This document shows, piece after piece, positions 1-11,900 of a stretch of DNA of 64,000 bases; position 1 is the first letter of the stretch; every line of letters begins with the position of its first letter. The stretch covers positions 28,596 through 92,595 of IMG/VR virus record IMGVR_UViG_3300027822_000001; one strand, written 5' to 3'. The DNA is from a virus. The notes below the pieces were generated by a model. It had not been told where the DNA came from. It saw only the letters and a list, made by a program, of their open reading frames with translations, and made no database searches. The translations under genes were made by a program, and so were the position numbers.

Positions 1-3000
1 ATACAAGTTAGTTTTTTAATTAGAACAACTGATTTTCTTGAAAAGTATGGAGATTGGACAGTTGATAAGAATGACTTCGTTGGTAAGTTGAATGAACAGA
101 AAGAACCAACATTAGATGCAGTAAATAAGATATTTAGAAATGAGAGTGCTAGCAAAGAAATGGAAGAGCCTACTAAACATGATGTGCTTAGAAAGAAACT
201 AGAATCTGATTCTAATTATAAATTGGGTGAGGCTTCTGTAGAAGAAGTAAGTGATATGTTAGAGTCTGGTGTTGCTCTTGCTACAAATCTTGTTATTAGA
301 GATAATGTTAAAAAGAGTACTATATTCAATGCCTTATTAAATACTTTTAGTATTCAAAGAAATAAAGCATCTAAGTTTATAGATTACCAAGAGTCCTTAG
401 CTGAGCATAATAAACTTCCAAAGTCTGAGCTAGATAAAATAAAGAGAGGAAAAGAGTTATTAGATACTATATTAGATAATGAAGAATATAAAACTAATTA
501 TCTAACCTTAATAGATTCTGAATTAGATAGTATGGGATTTAATACTATCAATAAAGAAGCCACTACAGACATAAATGATAAAAATGCTGAAAATCCTATA
601 CTTAAAGAAATGTGGGATGAGCAATCTAAGTTTGAAGTTCCTATTAAGAACACTTTGCAATTTAATATAAGGATGCTATTAGGCTCTATTCCTATTCCTG
701 AGTTAGATAATGGAAATTTAACGGGTAATTATAAAACCAACTCTATAGGACTAGCACATACATATACTTCAAATAATATAACTTTAAAATTATTAGACTA
801 CTTTAATCATAGGGTTGTAGATAGAAATTCATTTATGAGTGATTTGAAGTCCTCTGGAATACCTGAGTTTGTTGAGCTTGCAAGTAAAGTAGATAAACTA
901 TCATATAATAAAGATAGATTACTTAATGCTTTAACTGCTACTGTTGGTAGACTAAAAAACAATAAAGTTGTTGCTATATCTGAAGGAAATAATTTTATTG
1001 TTTATAATACTAATAACAGGTCTGATAGAAAATATATAACAGATACATGGTATGGAAATCAAAATATTCTATTTAAAGAATCCGATATTGTAGAGCTTAA
1101 TAAAAACAATGAATTAGTTTACTCTGAAACAGGCAAAAAAAGATTACAGCATGAGTATAATAATATACATCAAATATTAAATTCATCAAATACTAGACAT
1201 ATAGCTGCATCTCATTTTGTAGGTAAACTTAGTAGTTTAGTACACTCTGATAAGTTTGGAGAAGCTAAATCAGAAGAAAAGACTAAGATGCTTAATGATA
1301 TGATAAGTATGAAAGAAGGCAAGACTATAAAAAGTAATAGTTTATTGATGCCTGTGGAAGATGTATATTCATTATTACCTACCATACTAAAGAAAGGAAA
1401 AGACGGAAGAATTTCTTTTAAAACTTCTGACTATGATGAGCTGTCTAAAAAACTCTTAGACTTAGATATAAAAGAAGATACCGAAAATGTAGACGATGCA
1501 ATTAACATAAATAAAATAAATGTTGTATCTCCTTTAATACGACATTATTTAGCTCTTACTGGAATGGATTTTGAACTTGATACTATTAAGAAGTTCTTAC
1601 AAAATCCAGGAAGATACATGACTGATTTAACAGATGGAGTAACAGAACCAACTGTTAAACTTTCTGACTTAACTACTCCAAGAAAAGTAGCGAATGGTGT
1701 AAATGTTTTACATTTATTAATACAGGATATAAATAAAGGGGGCTCTGGACAAAAAGATGAAAATGCTAACAGTCTTAGAAATAACAACCCATTAAATACT
1801 AATGCTTCTAAAAAGGTATTTACTAAGTTGAAAGAAATTGAAGAGGTTGCTGATTTATCTTCTACTTTTATCAATTCTTTCGGTAAACAAGAGTCTTCTT
1901 ATGGCTTTAATACATTCTTATCAAAAGAGATTAACAACTTAAAAGGAAATACATTAGATGGAATGAATACAGACCCCCTATCAAGAAGAAGTCTCTGGTA
2001 TAAAGCCTTTAAAGGAGACGATTCTGTTGCTGGTTTGATTGAAAGACCTGAAAGATTATCTCTTTTGTTTGGTGATGGAGTTAAAGAAGCAAAGACTGGA
2101 AAAATAATTAACAGAGCTTCAGCATCACCTCTTGATAAAGAAGTTATGAGAATAAACTTATTTGCTTATAATAATGCTGGTTTTACTGATAGACTATCTG
2201 TTATAGATGCTTTAGTGTTTTCTGATAAATCTAGAACTAGAAAGATATTAGCTCCAAGAATTAGTTTAAAAGGAGAAGATTATAACTTTAATCTTGACTT
2301 TAAAAATAAGGAGAGTTTAAAAGACTATTCTATAAGTGATGTTCAATATGGAGATGACGTAAAACATGTACTTACTGATATGGCGTTAACTGAAATAGAC
2401 AGAATTAATGATACTGTATTAAGACACAAAGAAGCAAAAGATGTAATGACTTCTGAAAGAAGTATAGGTGGCTCTAAATTTTTAATATTTCCCTCATTAG
2501 ATAATAAAGTTATAAATTCTTTTAAAAGGTCTGATGGAAGTTTTGATACCTCTAATAAGGAGTTTATATCAAAGGTTCAAAAACATATGAATTTACTTTT
2601 AACAGCAAATGCTAATGAGAACTTAAAAGAATGGAAAGATGTTGATTTGATAAGAGCTTCTGGTGGTATTAAATATTTAGATAGTAGGCATAAAAAACAT
2701 GTTGGAGAGAAGATATCTGTAAAGGATAGTAATGATAGAAACATATTTAATTATGATAAAAGAACAAAAGATTCTTATGTAACAGCTGATACCGCTTTAG
2801 AATTAGCTCTTAATGAAATGGTAACTAATCTCAATATGATTCAGTTAGTTGGAGATGTTGCTGACTACTATAAAGCAGGAAATACTCCTGAAGAAACATC
2901 AGACAACACTTTCTCAAACTACTATAAAAGACTTGGAAGTGTAGGGGGTGCTAAAATGAATATAGCACAAGAATTTAGAGCAAAGTTTGGTAAAGTTACT

Positions 3001-6000
3001 AAGAATGTTAAACATAATAGAATAAATTATGTATATGCTAAAGATATTAAAACTAATAAATATGCTAAAGAATATTTAAATGCTCTTAATGTCTCTGGTT
3101 GGGAAAATGTAAATATGTCTGATGCTGCAGAATATACAACACTTAGAGACCACATAGTAACATTACATGGAGAAGGAAGACTTAATGATAATGTCTTTAA
3201 TAAGATACATTCCAAAATAATAGAAAGTTATAGAAATGACACTCTTGTTAAATTAACTGAAGATGAGGCTATTGCTATAATACCACAAAAACCTTTATAT
3301 GCGGGTACTAATAATGTTGATGGACTTAGAGTTGCTACTATTGTTAAGTCAAGTGCATTTCCTTTATTAGAAAGTATAACTGGAGGAACTCCTTTTGATG
3401 CTGTTAGAAAAGCAATGGAAGCTAAAGAGAAAGAAGAAATATTTGATAGAGACAATAAGTTAGCTTTTGATGATTCTAATGAAATTTTAGAGTTATCTAC
3501 TACTAGACTTGCTTTTGAATCTGGAGTAAAAGTAGGTAATGCTAAACTAAATGATATTTTTAATGAGGATTTTACAATTAAAGATGGAGCTTTAAAAGAC
3601 ATAAAATATACTAACGTAGACAGAGAACATTTAGGCATTCAACAAGAAGAAAGTGAGAATGATAGTAGAAAGATAAATATTGTAAGTCAAATGAATAAAC
3701 TCGTTACTTCTGAAATATTAGATACAAAAGGCTTTAAACTTCCTGATAAAGAAAAAGAAATGAGTGGTATTGAGTTAAGAGACTTAAAAGAGAAACTTAA
3801 AAAAGCTATAATGGATAAGAAAGCCATTAAGTTATTTAAAGATGTAGGATATGATGAAGCTACTAATTCATTTACAGATGAAAAGAAATTCATGAAGTAT
3901 CTTGAATCTAAATTATCTGCTAATGAGATATCAGCAGAAGATGTAAAGATGCTTATTGATAAGGATGGAAATCAAGTAGCTCCTCTATATCTTAATAAAT
4001 CTTATGGAAAGATAATGAGTTCTTTATTAGCATCTATTAGTAAAGATGTGATAAAACCTAAAATAAGTGGTAAAGGAGCAGTTCAATTAAGTAGTGTCGG
4101 ATTGCTATTTAATGGAGATATGAATAACTCTAACATCATATTTACTAGAAGAACTGATGCAGATGGCAACATAATTAAACTTGATAGATTAGAACATACT
4201 AAATATAAAAATGGAGAACTTAAAAGAGCTCAACTTTTAGTATCTAGAGAGTTCTTTGAAAAGTTTGGAATAGATTTAGATAATGCTACTGAAATCATTG
4301 ATGGTAGGAAAGTTATGAAAGAGGGAGTAATTGATGATAGACTATTAAAAGCAATATCAGCTCGTATTCCTAATCAAAAACACTCTAGTATGTTGCAAGC
4401 TGAAATAGTAGGCTTTCTACCAAAAGATGTTAAAGAAACAGTAATTGTATCAGATGGAATAACAAAACAGATGGGTTCTGACTTTGATATTGACCATTTA
4501 TATAACTATTTATATAACTATAAAGTACAGAAAATTACTCATAAAGAAGATTTAACAAAAGATTTAACTAAGTTTAACAAACTTGTGGAAAGAGCTAAAG
4601 AAGGATATGCTCCTAGAAAAAGTAATCTTCATAAAGTTTTAAAAAGTATGGATAGAGAAGACTATAATGAGGAACTAATAAAAATAGGAATAGCTAAACA
4701 TTTAGATAAATTTTATGATACTAAATCTAAACAACTTTACGATATAGTTAGAGATTTTAAGCTAAGTAAAATAACTATGGTTGATGCTAATAGAGATAAA
4801 ATTAATAAAATAACAGACTTATCTACAGAAGCATTAGAAAATAGATATATAGATATTCATCACTCTATACTGGAACATAAAGAAGTATTACCTAAAATGT
4901 TAGAAGTACTTGATTTACCTGATGCTAAATTAATTACTAAAGATATAGATAGCTCAGTTCCTAAAATAGAAAATACAATGTTCTCTCCTTTATCTGGAGT
5001 ATATAATAAAAGACAATATGAGAGTAATCAAGGAGGTAAAGATGGTATATCTATACAAAGTTCTTTGAGTATGCTTCATATTGCTTTAGAAAAAGATAAC
5101 TTTGAGTTACAGTTTAAAAAGTTTAGTGAAACTAAGAGAGAAAATGAAAATGTATTTAAATTTATAGTAGATGGTAAAGAAGTAGTATTTAAAGCTATAG
5201 GTAGAGGAAGTTATAATTTTAAAGGAAACAAGAGAACAAATCTTACTACTAATACTATACTACAAAATGAAGCTGTTGATAATGCTAAAAATAAATTACT
5301 ATTTAGATTAGGCTATTCAGCAGTAACTTCTCCAGCTTATAATTTATTAAACTTTCTTGCAAAAGATGGAAAGTCTATGCCTTTAAGTATGATAGCTAAG
5401 ATGTTTAGACAGAAAGGAGTATTAGAAGCTTATAGATATGCTGAGAATAAGACATCTATGTTTAATGATTCTTCTAAATCTTTCTCTGAGTATATGAAAG
5501 AATATGCATTAAATAAGTATGATGGAGATAAAAACTTTTCAATATCAGAGGAAATTTTAGATAAGGGGTTAAAAGGTAAAAATACTAGTGATTCTAGTTT
5601 AAATAATTCTGATTATGAAAGCTTGCAATCTACTCTTATTGATAAGTTATCTAAAGCTCAGGAATTTGGTTCTAATCTACTTAGAATATATTCATCAGCT
5701 AATTTAGAAACTAAAGGAATAGGAAGTTCTACTGGAGAGCTATTATTAAAAGAATACAACATAAATAAATTTGTAGTAAATAACTCTAGATTTAGAGGAA
5801 CTTATAGATTACTTGGAGATGCTATAAATATGGATAATGGAGTAAGAAATGTTGGTGGCAATCTTACAGAGCTTGGTAGAATTTATGATTATGGAATAAG
5901 AAAAGCTCTTAATTTTTATGAGTTAAGAGATATTAAGAATAATCCTAGAACAATGTTGGGAAGCTCTAGATATAAAAATACAATCAGACAGTTTATACGT

Positions 6001-8985
6001 TCTGGAGCAAATAGTGAGAAAGCTATAAAGAGAGTAGATGGAGCTTATGCTACATATGCTAATCTTAATATAGATAATCCATTCTTTAAATCATCTGGAG
6101 AAGCTGTAACTATTAATTCAGTAAGAAAAGTTTTATTAACTGGAGATAATGATGTTTATACCAGACTTATCAAGCATTTAAAAGAACCTAGTAACTTAGA
6201 GGGTAGAACATTCTTAAATAACATTAATGTTCTTCCAAAGAAAAATGTAGCAGACCCTGTTATACTTAAGTTAGTATCAGGAGACCTTTCGGATATAAAG
6301 ATAGATGAGTATATACGAAGTTTTAATGAGCTACTAACTAGTAATAATAGTAAGTCTCGAAACTTAGGTAAAGATATATTAAGAGTTATGCTTTCTCAAG
6401 GAAATGCATATTCTCCTAATGGAATAAATAAATTATTACCTAGAGCTTATTTAATGGAACATCCAGATTTTGTTAATGCTATTAAGAATAGTAGCTTGAA
6501 AGATATAAATTCTACTATACTGCATGAACAGATAGTTCAACATAATCCAACATTATCTGAGAAAGATTCTAACTATAAAAGAACTAAACAATTAGCCGAA
6601 ACTGATGGCTCTTATGTTCAGATAAATATTGAAGCAGATAAGGCGGATACTTTACCTGAATACTTATCTGGTAAAGACCCTGAAAGAGGATATGTTCCAC
6701 TTAAGAAAGTAGGTGTTGTAGAGTCGTTATCTAATGAAGAAACTATAGAAGTTATTTATAAAGCAATTTCTAAATTAGGAAGTGGTAACTCTAATATGAC
6801 TGAATATGACCCTTATAGTGTTGAAACTACTAGCCTTTTTAAGAACAACAACCCTTTAATGTCTTTTGAAGAATATGCTGAAAATAATAATTTAGAGCAT
6901 TTAAAAGATTTAGCAAATAACAGCTTACGATTACAAGATGATTATGGTTCTTATACAGTAGAAAGAAATGATAAAGATTTAATATTTGATGAATATAATA
7001 TAAAAGGAGATACACCAGAAGATTTAAGTTCTGTATTAAATAATGTAAGTGGTACAAATAAAGTAATAGCTGATGTTACTTCTGAGCTTTTAGATAAGTC
7101 TGCTAAATTTAAATTTAAAGTAACAGATGAAGCTAAGGATGGAGAATCTAGTCCATCAGCCAGAGGAGTTGTTACTGAAGATGGTTTAAGTATAAGACTA
7201 CATAACTTTGATACTGCTAATTCTGATAATCCAGAAGCATTTAGAAAAGAATTTGAAGAAGTAGTATCACATGAATCTAGCCATCAAGTGTTATTTAACG
7301 AAGCTGTTGCTTATGATAAAGGACTTTCTAAAAATAAGGGTAATAGGTTAGAAAAACAATTTGCTTTATTAGATACCTATTTAGGTAAACTAAAAAAAGC
7401 TATTATAGATGGAGATAATACAGAACGAGGTGAAGAGTTTAAAACTTTTGAAGATAAATACAATAATAAAATAGAAGGAGACATCTCTGTAAGTGAAAGA
7501 GATAGAAATCAAGGACTTATGTCTGTTCACGAATTAATAGCTGATATAGCTAATGATGGTTTCTTAGATTCTCTTAATGGCTATGAAGTTGATGGCTTAG
7601 ATGTTGCCAATACTCTATCTACTAAGATGAAAAGATTATATGTAGCACTCATTGAAAGTAAAGGGTTGCAGAATAACAAAGGAGCTCAAGAATTAATAGC
7701 TAATGTGCTTAAATTTTATGATGATGTTGCTAAGGCAAAAAAAGTTGATACTAGTGTTGAAAAGAAGGGAGAAGAAGCTCTTCCTGATGCACTTTTAAAA
7801 CAAAAAGAACATGAAGTTGTTAAGCCAGAAGAAGCTAAAGATATAAAATTTGATGATATTTTAGTTAAAAAAGAAAAAGGTGTTAAACCTAAACAATTAG
7901 AAAAAGATGAAAAAGGTTTCTATAATGTTAATATTAGTAGAGGAATAAAAATACCTAAAGACACTTCTACTATAGACTATTTAAGAGAGAAAGGAACATT
8001 TTCTAAGATAGCTGAGTATGGTACTAAGAATAGTAATGAAGCTCTGTATGAAATTGATAGATTAAATAAAATAGGAGCTGAAGACAATAAAAGATTTGCA
8101 CTTGATTCTTATATAAAACCGGATGGTTCTAGAATATACAAGCCAATAGAAGTGAGCTCTAGAAAGGATAGGATGTATAATTTTAGAGATAAAGAAACTA
8201 CTTCTGGAGTTCTTAAGGATATTGCATCCAACAAAGAATTTAGTAAAGATGTTAGAAATGCTGCAAATGACTTATTGAAATTTGAAAACACTGATAAAAT
8301 AGGAACATTCATTAGAAGTGATAAATACTTTATGGCTGAAAATGTGTTAAAAGATGAGAGCTTTGACTTTTTAGAGGAAGCCAATGGAACTGCTTCTGGA
8401 AATCTTGTAAGAGTTAGAGATGGAGCTACTGTAAGTGAATATTTACATGAAGTATATCATACATATTTAACAGACTTGATAGCTAATAATCCTAAGTTTA
8501 GAAATAAACTTAAAGATTATCAAAAAAGAGTGCTAGAAAATTTTAAAGATAATAGAATAATTGATGACATATATAAAGATTTAGACGAATTTGCTGTTAT
8601 GGCAGTAACTAAACCTGAGTTAATTTCCTTATTAAAATCTATGCACAGTGTAGATAAAGAAGGAAGTGTGTTATACGATGAACTTGTAGATAAGTATAAA
8701 GAAGCTGGTAAAGACACTGGAATATATGAAGAAATAAAGACCTTATTGAACGACAATATAAATATGAATAAAGGTGAGTTGTCGATTTCACAAGAGGCTG
8801 CGAATTGGAGCGATTACTATAATAGAGGTGGTACTGTTGATGGATTATCTGTTGAACAAAAATATCTAATAGGTATTGGAAAAGAACCAACAGAAGTCAA
8901 TAGTCATCTCAAAGAAATACAAGAAAGAGTTCCTAATTTTACAATGGCTGACCTAACAGAGTTGGCAAGAAGTATTTACTGTTAA
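1..8985 (+). CDS. Virion-packaged double-psi-beta-barrel RNA polymerase (crAss/phi14:2 gp66-like single polypeptide) with two C-terminal zincin-like domains; 5' truncated
   Basis: Frame +1 is open from base 1 (IQVSFLIRTTDFLEKYGDW...), so the true start is upstream of the window. Catalytic GSDFDID (DFDID at 4480-4494) is preceded by RIPNQKHSSM, with VDNAK downstream. HESSH at 7270-7284 and HEVYH at 8446-8460. Confidence 0.93.
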   Translation: MQVSFLIRTTDFLEKYGDWTVDKNDFVGKLNEQKEPTLDAVNKIFRNESASKEMEEPTKHDVLRKKLESDSNYKLGEASVEEVSDMLESGVALATNLVIRDNVKKSTIFNALLNTFSIQRNKASKFIDYQESLAEHNKLPKSELDKIKRGKELLDTILDNEEYKTNYLTLIDSELDSMGFNTINKEATTDINDKNAENPILKEMWDEQSKFEVPIKNTLQFNIRMLLGSIPIPELDNGNLTGNYKTNSIGLAHTYTSNNITLKLLDYFNHRVVDRNSFMSDLKSSGIPEFVELASKVDKLSYNKDRLLNALTATVGRLKNNKVVAISEGNNFIVYNTNNRSDRKYITDTWYGNQNILFKESDIVELNKNNELVYSETGKKRLQHEYNNIHQILNSSNTRHIAASHFVGKLSSLVHSDKFGEAKSEEKTKMLNDMISMKEGKTIKSNSLLMPVEDVYSLLPTILKKGKDGRISFKTSDYDELSKKLLDLDIKEDTENVDDAININKINVVSPLIRHYLALTGMDFELDTIKKFLQNPGRYMTDLTDGVTEPTVKLSDLTTPRKVANGVNVLHLLIQDINKGGSGQKDENANSLRNNNPLNTNASKKVFTKLKEIEEVADLSSTFINSFGKQESSYGFNTFLSKEINNLKGNTLDGMNTDPLSRRSLWYKAFKGDDSVAGLIERPERLSLLFGDGVKEAKTGKIINRASASPLDKEVMRINLFAYNNAGFTDRLSVIDALVFSDKSRTRKILAPRISLKGEDYNFNLDFKNKESLKDYSISDVQYGDDVKHVLTDMALTEIDRINDTVLRHKEAKDVMTSERSIGGSKFLIFPSLDNKVINSFKRSDGSFDTSNKEFISKVQKHMNLLLTANANENLKEWKDVDLIRASGGIKYLDSRHKKHVGEKISVKDSNDRNIFNYDKRTKDSYVTADTALELALNEMVTNLNMIQLVGDVADYYKAGNTPEETSDNTFSNYYKRLGSVGGAKMNIAQEFRAKFGKVTKNVKHNRINYVYAKDIKTNKYAKEYLNALNVSGWENVNMSDAAEYTTLRDHIVTLHGEGRLNDNVFNKIHSKIIESYRNDTLVKLTEDEAIAIIPQKPLYAGTNNVDGLRVATIVKSSAFPLLESITGGTPFDAVRKAMEAKEKEEIFDRDNKLAFDDSNEILELSTTRLAFESGVKVGNAKLNDIFNEDFTIKDGALKDIKYTNVDREHLGIQQEESENDSRKINIVSQMNKLVTSEILDTKGFKLPDKEKEMSGIELRDLKEKLKKAIMDKKAIKLFKDVGYDEATNSFTDEKKFMKYLESKLSANEISAEDVKMLIDKDGNQVAPLYLNKSYGKIMSSLLASISKDVIKPKISGKGAVQLSSVGLLFNGDMNNSNIIFTRRTDADGNIIKLDRLEHTKYKNGELKRAQLLVSREFFEKFGIDLDNATEIIDGRKVMKEGVIDDRLLKAISARIPNQKHSSMLQAEIVGFLPKDVKETVIVSDGITKQMGSDFDIDHLYNYLYNYKVQKITHKEDLTKDLTKFNKLVERAKEGYAPRKSNLHKVLKSMDREDYNEELIKIGIAKHLDKFYDTKSKQLYDIVRDFKLSKITMVDANRDKINKITDLSTEALENRYIDIHHSILEHKEVLPKMLEVLDLPDAKLITKDIDSSVPKIENTMFSPLSGVYNKRQYESNQGGKDGISIQSSLSMLHIALEKDNFELQFKKFSETKRENENVFKFIVDGKEVVFKAIGRGSYNFKGNKRTNLTTNTILQNEAVDNAKNKLLFRLGYSAVTSPAYNLLNFLAKDGKSMPLSMIAKMFRQKGVLEAYRYAENKTSMFNDSSKSFSEYMKEYALNKYDGDKNFSISEEILDKGLKGKNTSDSSLNNSDYESLQSTLIDKLSKAQEFGSNLLRIYSSANLETKGIGSSTGELLLKEYNINKFVVNNSRFRGTYRLLGDAINMDNGVRNVGGNLTELGRIYDYGIRKALNFYELRDIKNNPRTMLGSSRYKNTIRQFIRSGANSEKAIKRVDGAYATYANLNIDNPFFKSSGEAVTINSVRKVLLTGDNDVYTRLIKHLKEPSNLEGRTFLNNINVLPKKNVADPVILKLVSGDLSDIKIDEYIRSFNELLTSNNSKSRNLGKDILRVMLSQGNAYSPNGINKLLPRAYLMEHPDFVNAIKNSSLKDINSTILHEQIVQHNPTLSEKDSNYKRTKQLAETDGSYVQINIEADKADTLPEYLSGKDPERGYVPLKKVGVVESLSNEETIEVIYKAISKLGSGNSNMTEYDPYSVETTSLFKNNNPLMSFEEYAENNNLEHLKDLANNSLRLQDDYGSYTVERNDKDLIFDEYNIKGDTPEDLSSVLNNVSGTNKVIADVTSELLDKSAKFKFKVTDEAKDGESSPSARGVVTEDGLSIRLHNFDTANSDNPEAFRKEFEEVVSHESSHQVLFNEAVAYDKGLSKNKGNRLEKQFALLDTYLGKLKKAIIDGDNTERGEEFKTFEDKYNNKIEGDISVSERDRNQGLMSVHELIADIANDGFLDSLNGYEVDGLDVANTLSTKMKRLYVALIESKGLQNNKGAQELIANVLKFYDDVAKAKKVDTSVEKKGEEALPDALLKQKEHEVVKPEEAKDIKFDDILVKKEKGVKPKQLEKDEKGFYNVNISRGIKIPKDTSTIDYLREKGTFSKIAEYGTKNSNEALYEIDRLNKIGAEDNKRFALDSYIKPDGSRIYKPIEVSSRKDRMYNFRDKETTSGVLKDIASNKEFSKDVRNAANDLLKFENTDKIGTFIRSDKYFMAENVLKDESFDFLEEANGTASGNLVRVRDGATVSEYLHEVYHTYLTDLIANNPKFRNKLKDYQKRVLENFKDNRIIDDIYKDLDEFAVMAVTKPELISLLKSMHSVDKEGSVLYDELVDKYKEAGKDTGIYEEIKTLLNDNINMNKGELSISQEAANWSDYYNRGGTVDGLSVEQKYLIGIGKEPTEVNSHLKEIQERVPNFTMADLTELARSIYC

Positions 8986-8994
8986 TTTGTATAA

Positions 8995-11900
8995 ATGGCT
9001 AAATGTATAACATTTGATGCAACTCAAAGAAAAGAATTAGTTAATTTAATAGGGTATGACAAAGCTGAAGAACTAATAAATAAATATAAATCAAAAATAC
9101 CTGAAGCTGAAGTAATAAAAGGTATTAGAATTTGGGATGAATTAAGTAATAATCCAACCTATGCAGAAAGTAATGCTGACTTGCTAGAGAAATCAACTAT
9201 AGAATTTACAGCTTCTGCTAGCTCAGCTATCGGAAAGACTTTATTTAAGTTAAACAATGAACTTAAAAAACAAAGATTAAATCTACGAAATGATGTTGAT
9301 GCTGAAAAATCCAACGCTAAGATTGTAGAATTGGAAGATAATATAAGACAGCTTAAAAATAATAAAAGCTTAATGTCTATTGTAGATATAACTAAGACGA
9401 GCTTAGATAGCTGGATAAAAAAAGATGTGTTTGAAAGTAAAGATTATTCTATATCTACAGTTAAAAAAGCATATGATGAATTAGAAGTGCTTGATGGCAT
9501 TATAAAAGAATTACTTGTTAGAGAAGTAGATTTAAAAACTGGTAAAAATAAATATAAATTTACTAATAAAAAAGTATTTGATGAAGCTGAAAAAGTCGTA
9601 GGAGAGATAGCAATTACTAAGAATAAACTTAATGGTATCTTAGATAAAGTTGTATTAACAGAACATAATAAAGTAATGAATCGTAATGCTACAATAGATG
9701 ACTTAACTAACTATATAGATACAGATATGGGTACAGCTGTATTTCTAGACCCATCAAGGACTAAAAATCCAATAGCTAAATTTGTTCACAAAATAATGGC
9801 ATTTAGAAGTAAGAATGCTAAGGTGGAATTAAATGAAACATTAGTTAAAACTATTGATAAGTTAGCTAAAGATTCAGGTTTAGATATGACAAAACAAGCC
9901 AATAATGATATCTTCTTACAGAAAGACAAGAATGGAAAAACATTACCAAATATACTATCTGAATATAGCTATGAATACTCTGAATTTTATACTGATTTAA
10001 GAGACTCTTTAGCATCATACTCTAGAGTAGCTGAACATGTAAGTAGAAAGAATTCAAAGTTGGCTAAGAGAGGAAACGAATTAGTTGATAAAATAAATAA
10101 AAATTATATAGTAGCAGATACTAGAAAGCTACTAAGTAGTGATGAGAAAGTGGTAGAAGAAGAAAAAAGTAGGATGATTTCTGAAGTTGGTGAAGAAAAA
10201 GCAACCGAGTTAATTGAACAAGCCATAGATAGATATGATAAGTATCAAAATCAATATGAAGCTTATAAAGAGAGATTAGATATGAGTAAAGATAACGACT
10301 CAGATAGTATAGAAAGTGCTTCTAAGTTAGCCGCAAAACTAAAAAGCTTTGAAAATAGATATAGCCCTCTAAAAGTACTGGAGGCTTTAAGTGGTGAAGG
10401 CGGAGATATTCTTCTTAATGGTTTTTATAAGTTAGCAATAGCTCCAAAAAGAATGATAGACAATAAAGACACTGGCTTTTATGATAAACGATATAATGCT
10501 TTAAAAAACAATAAAGAAAACAGTAAAAAATATGAGCTACTTAGCTTTATTAAGAACAAATTAAAAGAATATTATAGCTATTTTCCGCCAGAAGTTACAG
10601 ATAAATTACAAGATAATTATTTAGCGGAAGTCTTTGGAGATAACTTATTTGATGTATTTAAAAAAGGCAATGTAAATATTCTAAAAGATAAAATATATGA
10701 ATCCGTAGCTACTAAAGAAGTTAATAATATACAGAGAGGTATTGTTAATGCTAAAAATCAACAAATAAAGAAAGTTCCTATAGAATACATGTCAGATAAA
10801 ATAGGAAATCTTAATTATAGAATAAAGCGGATAAATAGTAAAATTGAAGAAAATAATGATATTATAGAATCTTATTTGCAAGACATAGAAAAGTATCAGA
10901 CATCGCAACTAAAGTTTACAAATGTTAAGTCTATATTTGACAGCTATAACGAACGTATTAAAAGTAAATATGACAAAATAGCTGAATTAGAACAACAAAA
11001 TAGTGAACTTTCTTCTAAACCTAAAGAGTTAGAAGATGCTAAAAATCTAATGCTAGAAAAGAAATCTACTAATATTGTAGAAGTTATGAAGAACTTAGGT
11101 TTGATGTCTTTAAATTATAAGAATAAGATACAAATTCAAGATATAGTGGAACTAGCACGAAGAAAATTAGTCGATGGTGCTAATCAATTAGTAGAAACTA
11201 AGAAGGGAAGACCCTTACGTGCGGCAGTTACAGAGTATGTCAACAAGAACGGTCAATCTGCAGTAGAAAAAATGGTTAATGATTCTATGGATGCCATGCT
11301 ATATGGAGAATTTAAAAACAATAAAGGATTTACTGATAAGTATATTGGAATTGATGCTAAATCTAGAGAAAAGGTTTCTGACTACAAAAAAGAAAAAACT
11401 AAGCTAAAAGATAAGTTATTTAAAGGCGAGATTAAAGATGATGAATTCATAGAGTCTCTTGATACTATGAAAGAAATGTTAAATAAGGAAGCAGGAGTTA
11501 GAACAATGACTTTATCTGATGTTGCTGATACTTTTAATGCTTATGTATACAGACTTAATATGGGATGGAATCCTCTTAGTGCTGCCTCTAATGTTGTTTA
11601 TGGTAAGATGGCTAATCAGATAGAAGCAGGTGCTAATGTATTTTATAACAGTAAAGATTTAAAGAAAGCCTATAGACTACTAGGGGCTTCTGCAATGAAA
11701 TCATTAACTGGGAGTGCTAATACTACAGCTACAAAGATATATAACTTAATACTTAACTATGGTACTATGTTTGATTTGCTTGAAGATAGCTTTGGGGCTA
11801 CTAAAGGTCTATCAGACAAACAAAAGAAGCTAGGATTTCTTAATATGATGGAAGGTCAAAGAAGAGGTGAATATAGAAATCAAGGTGCTGTACTTTTAGC

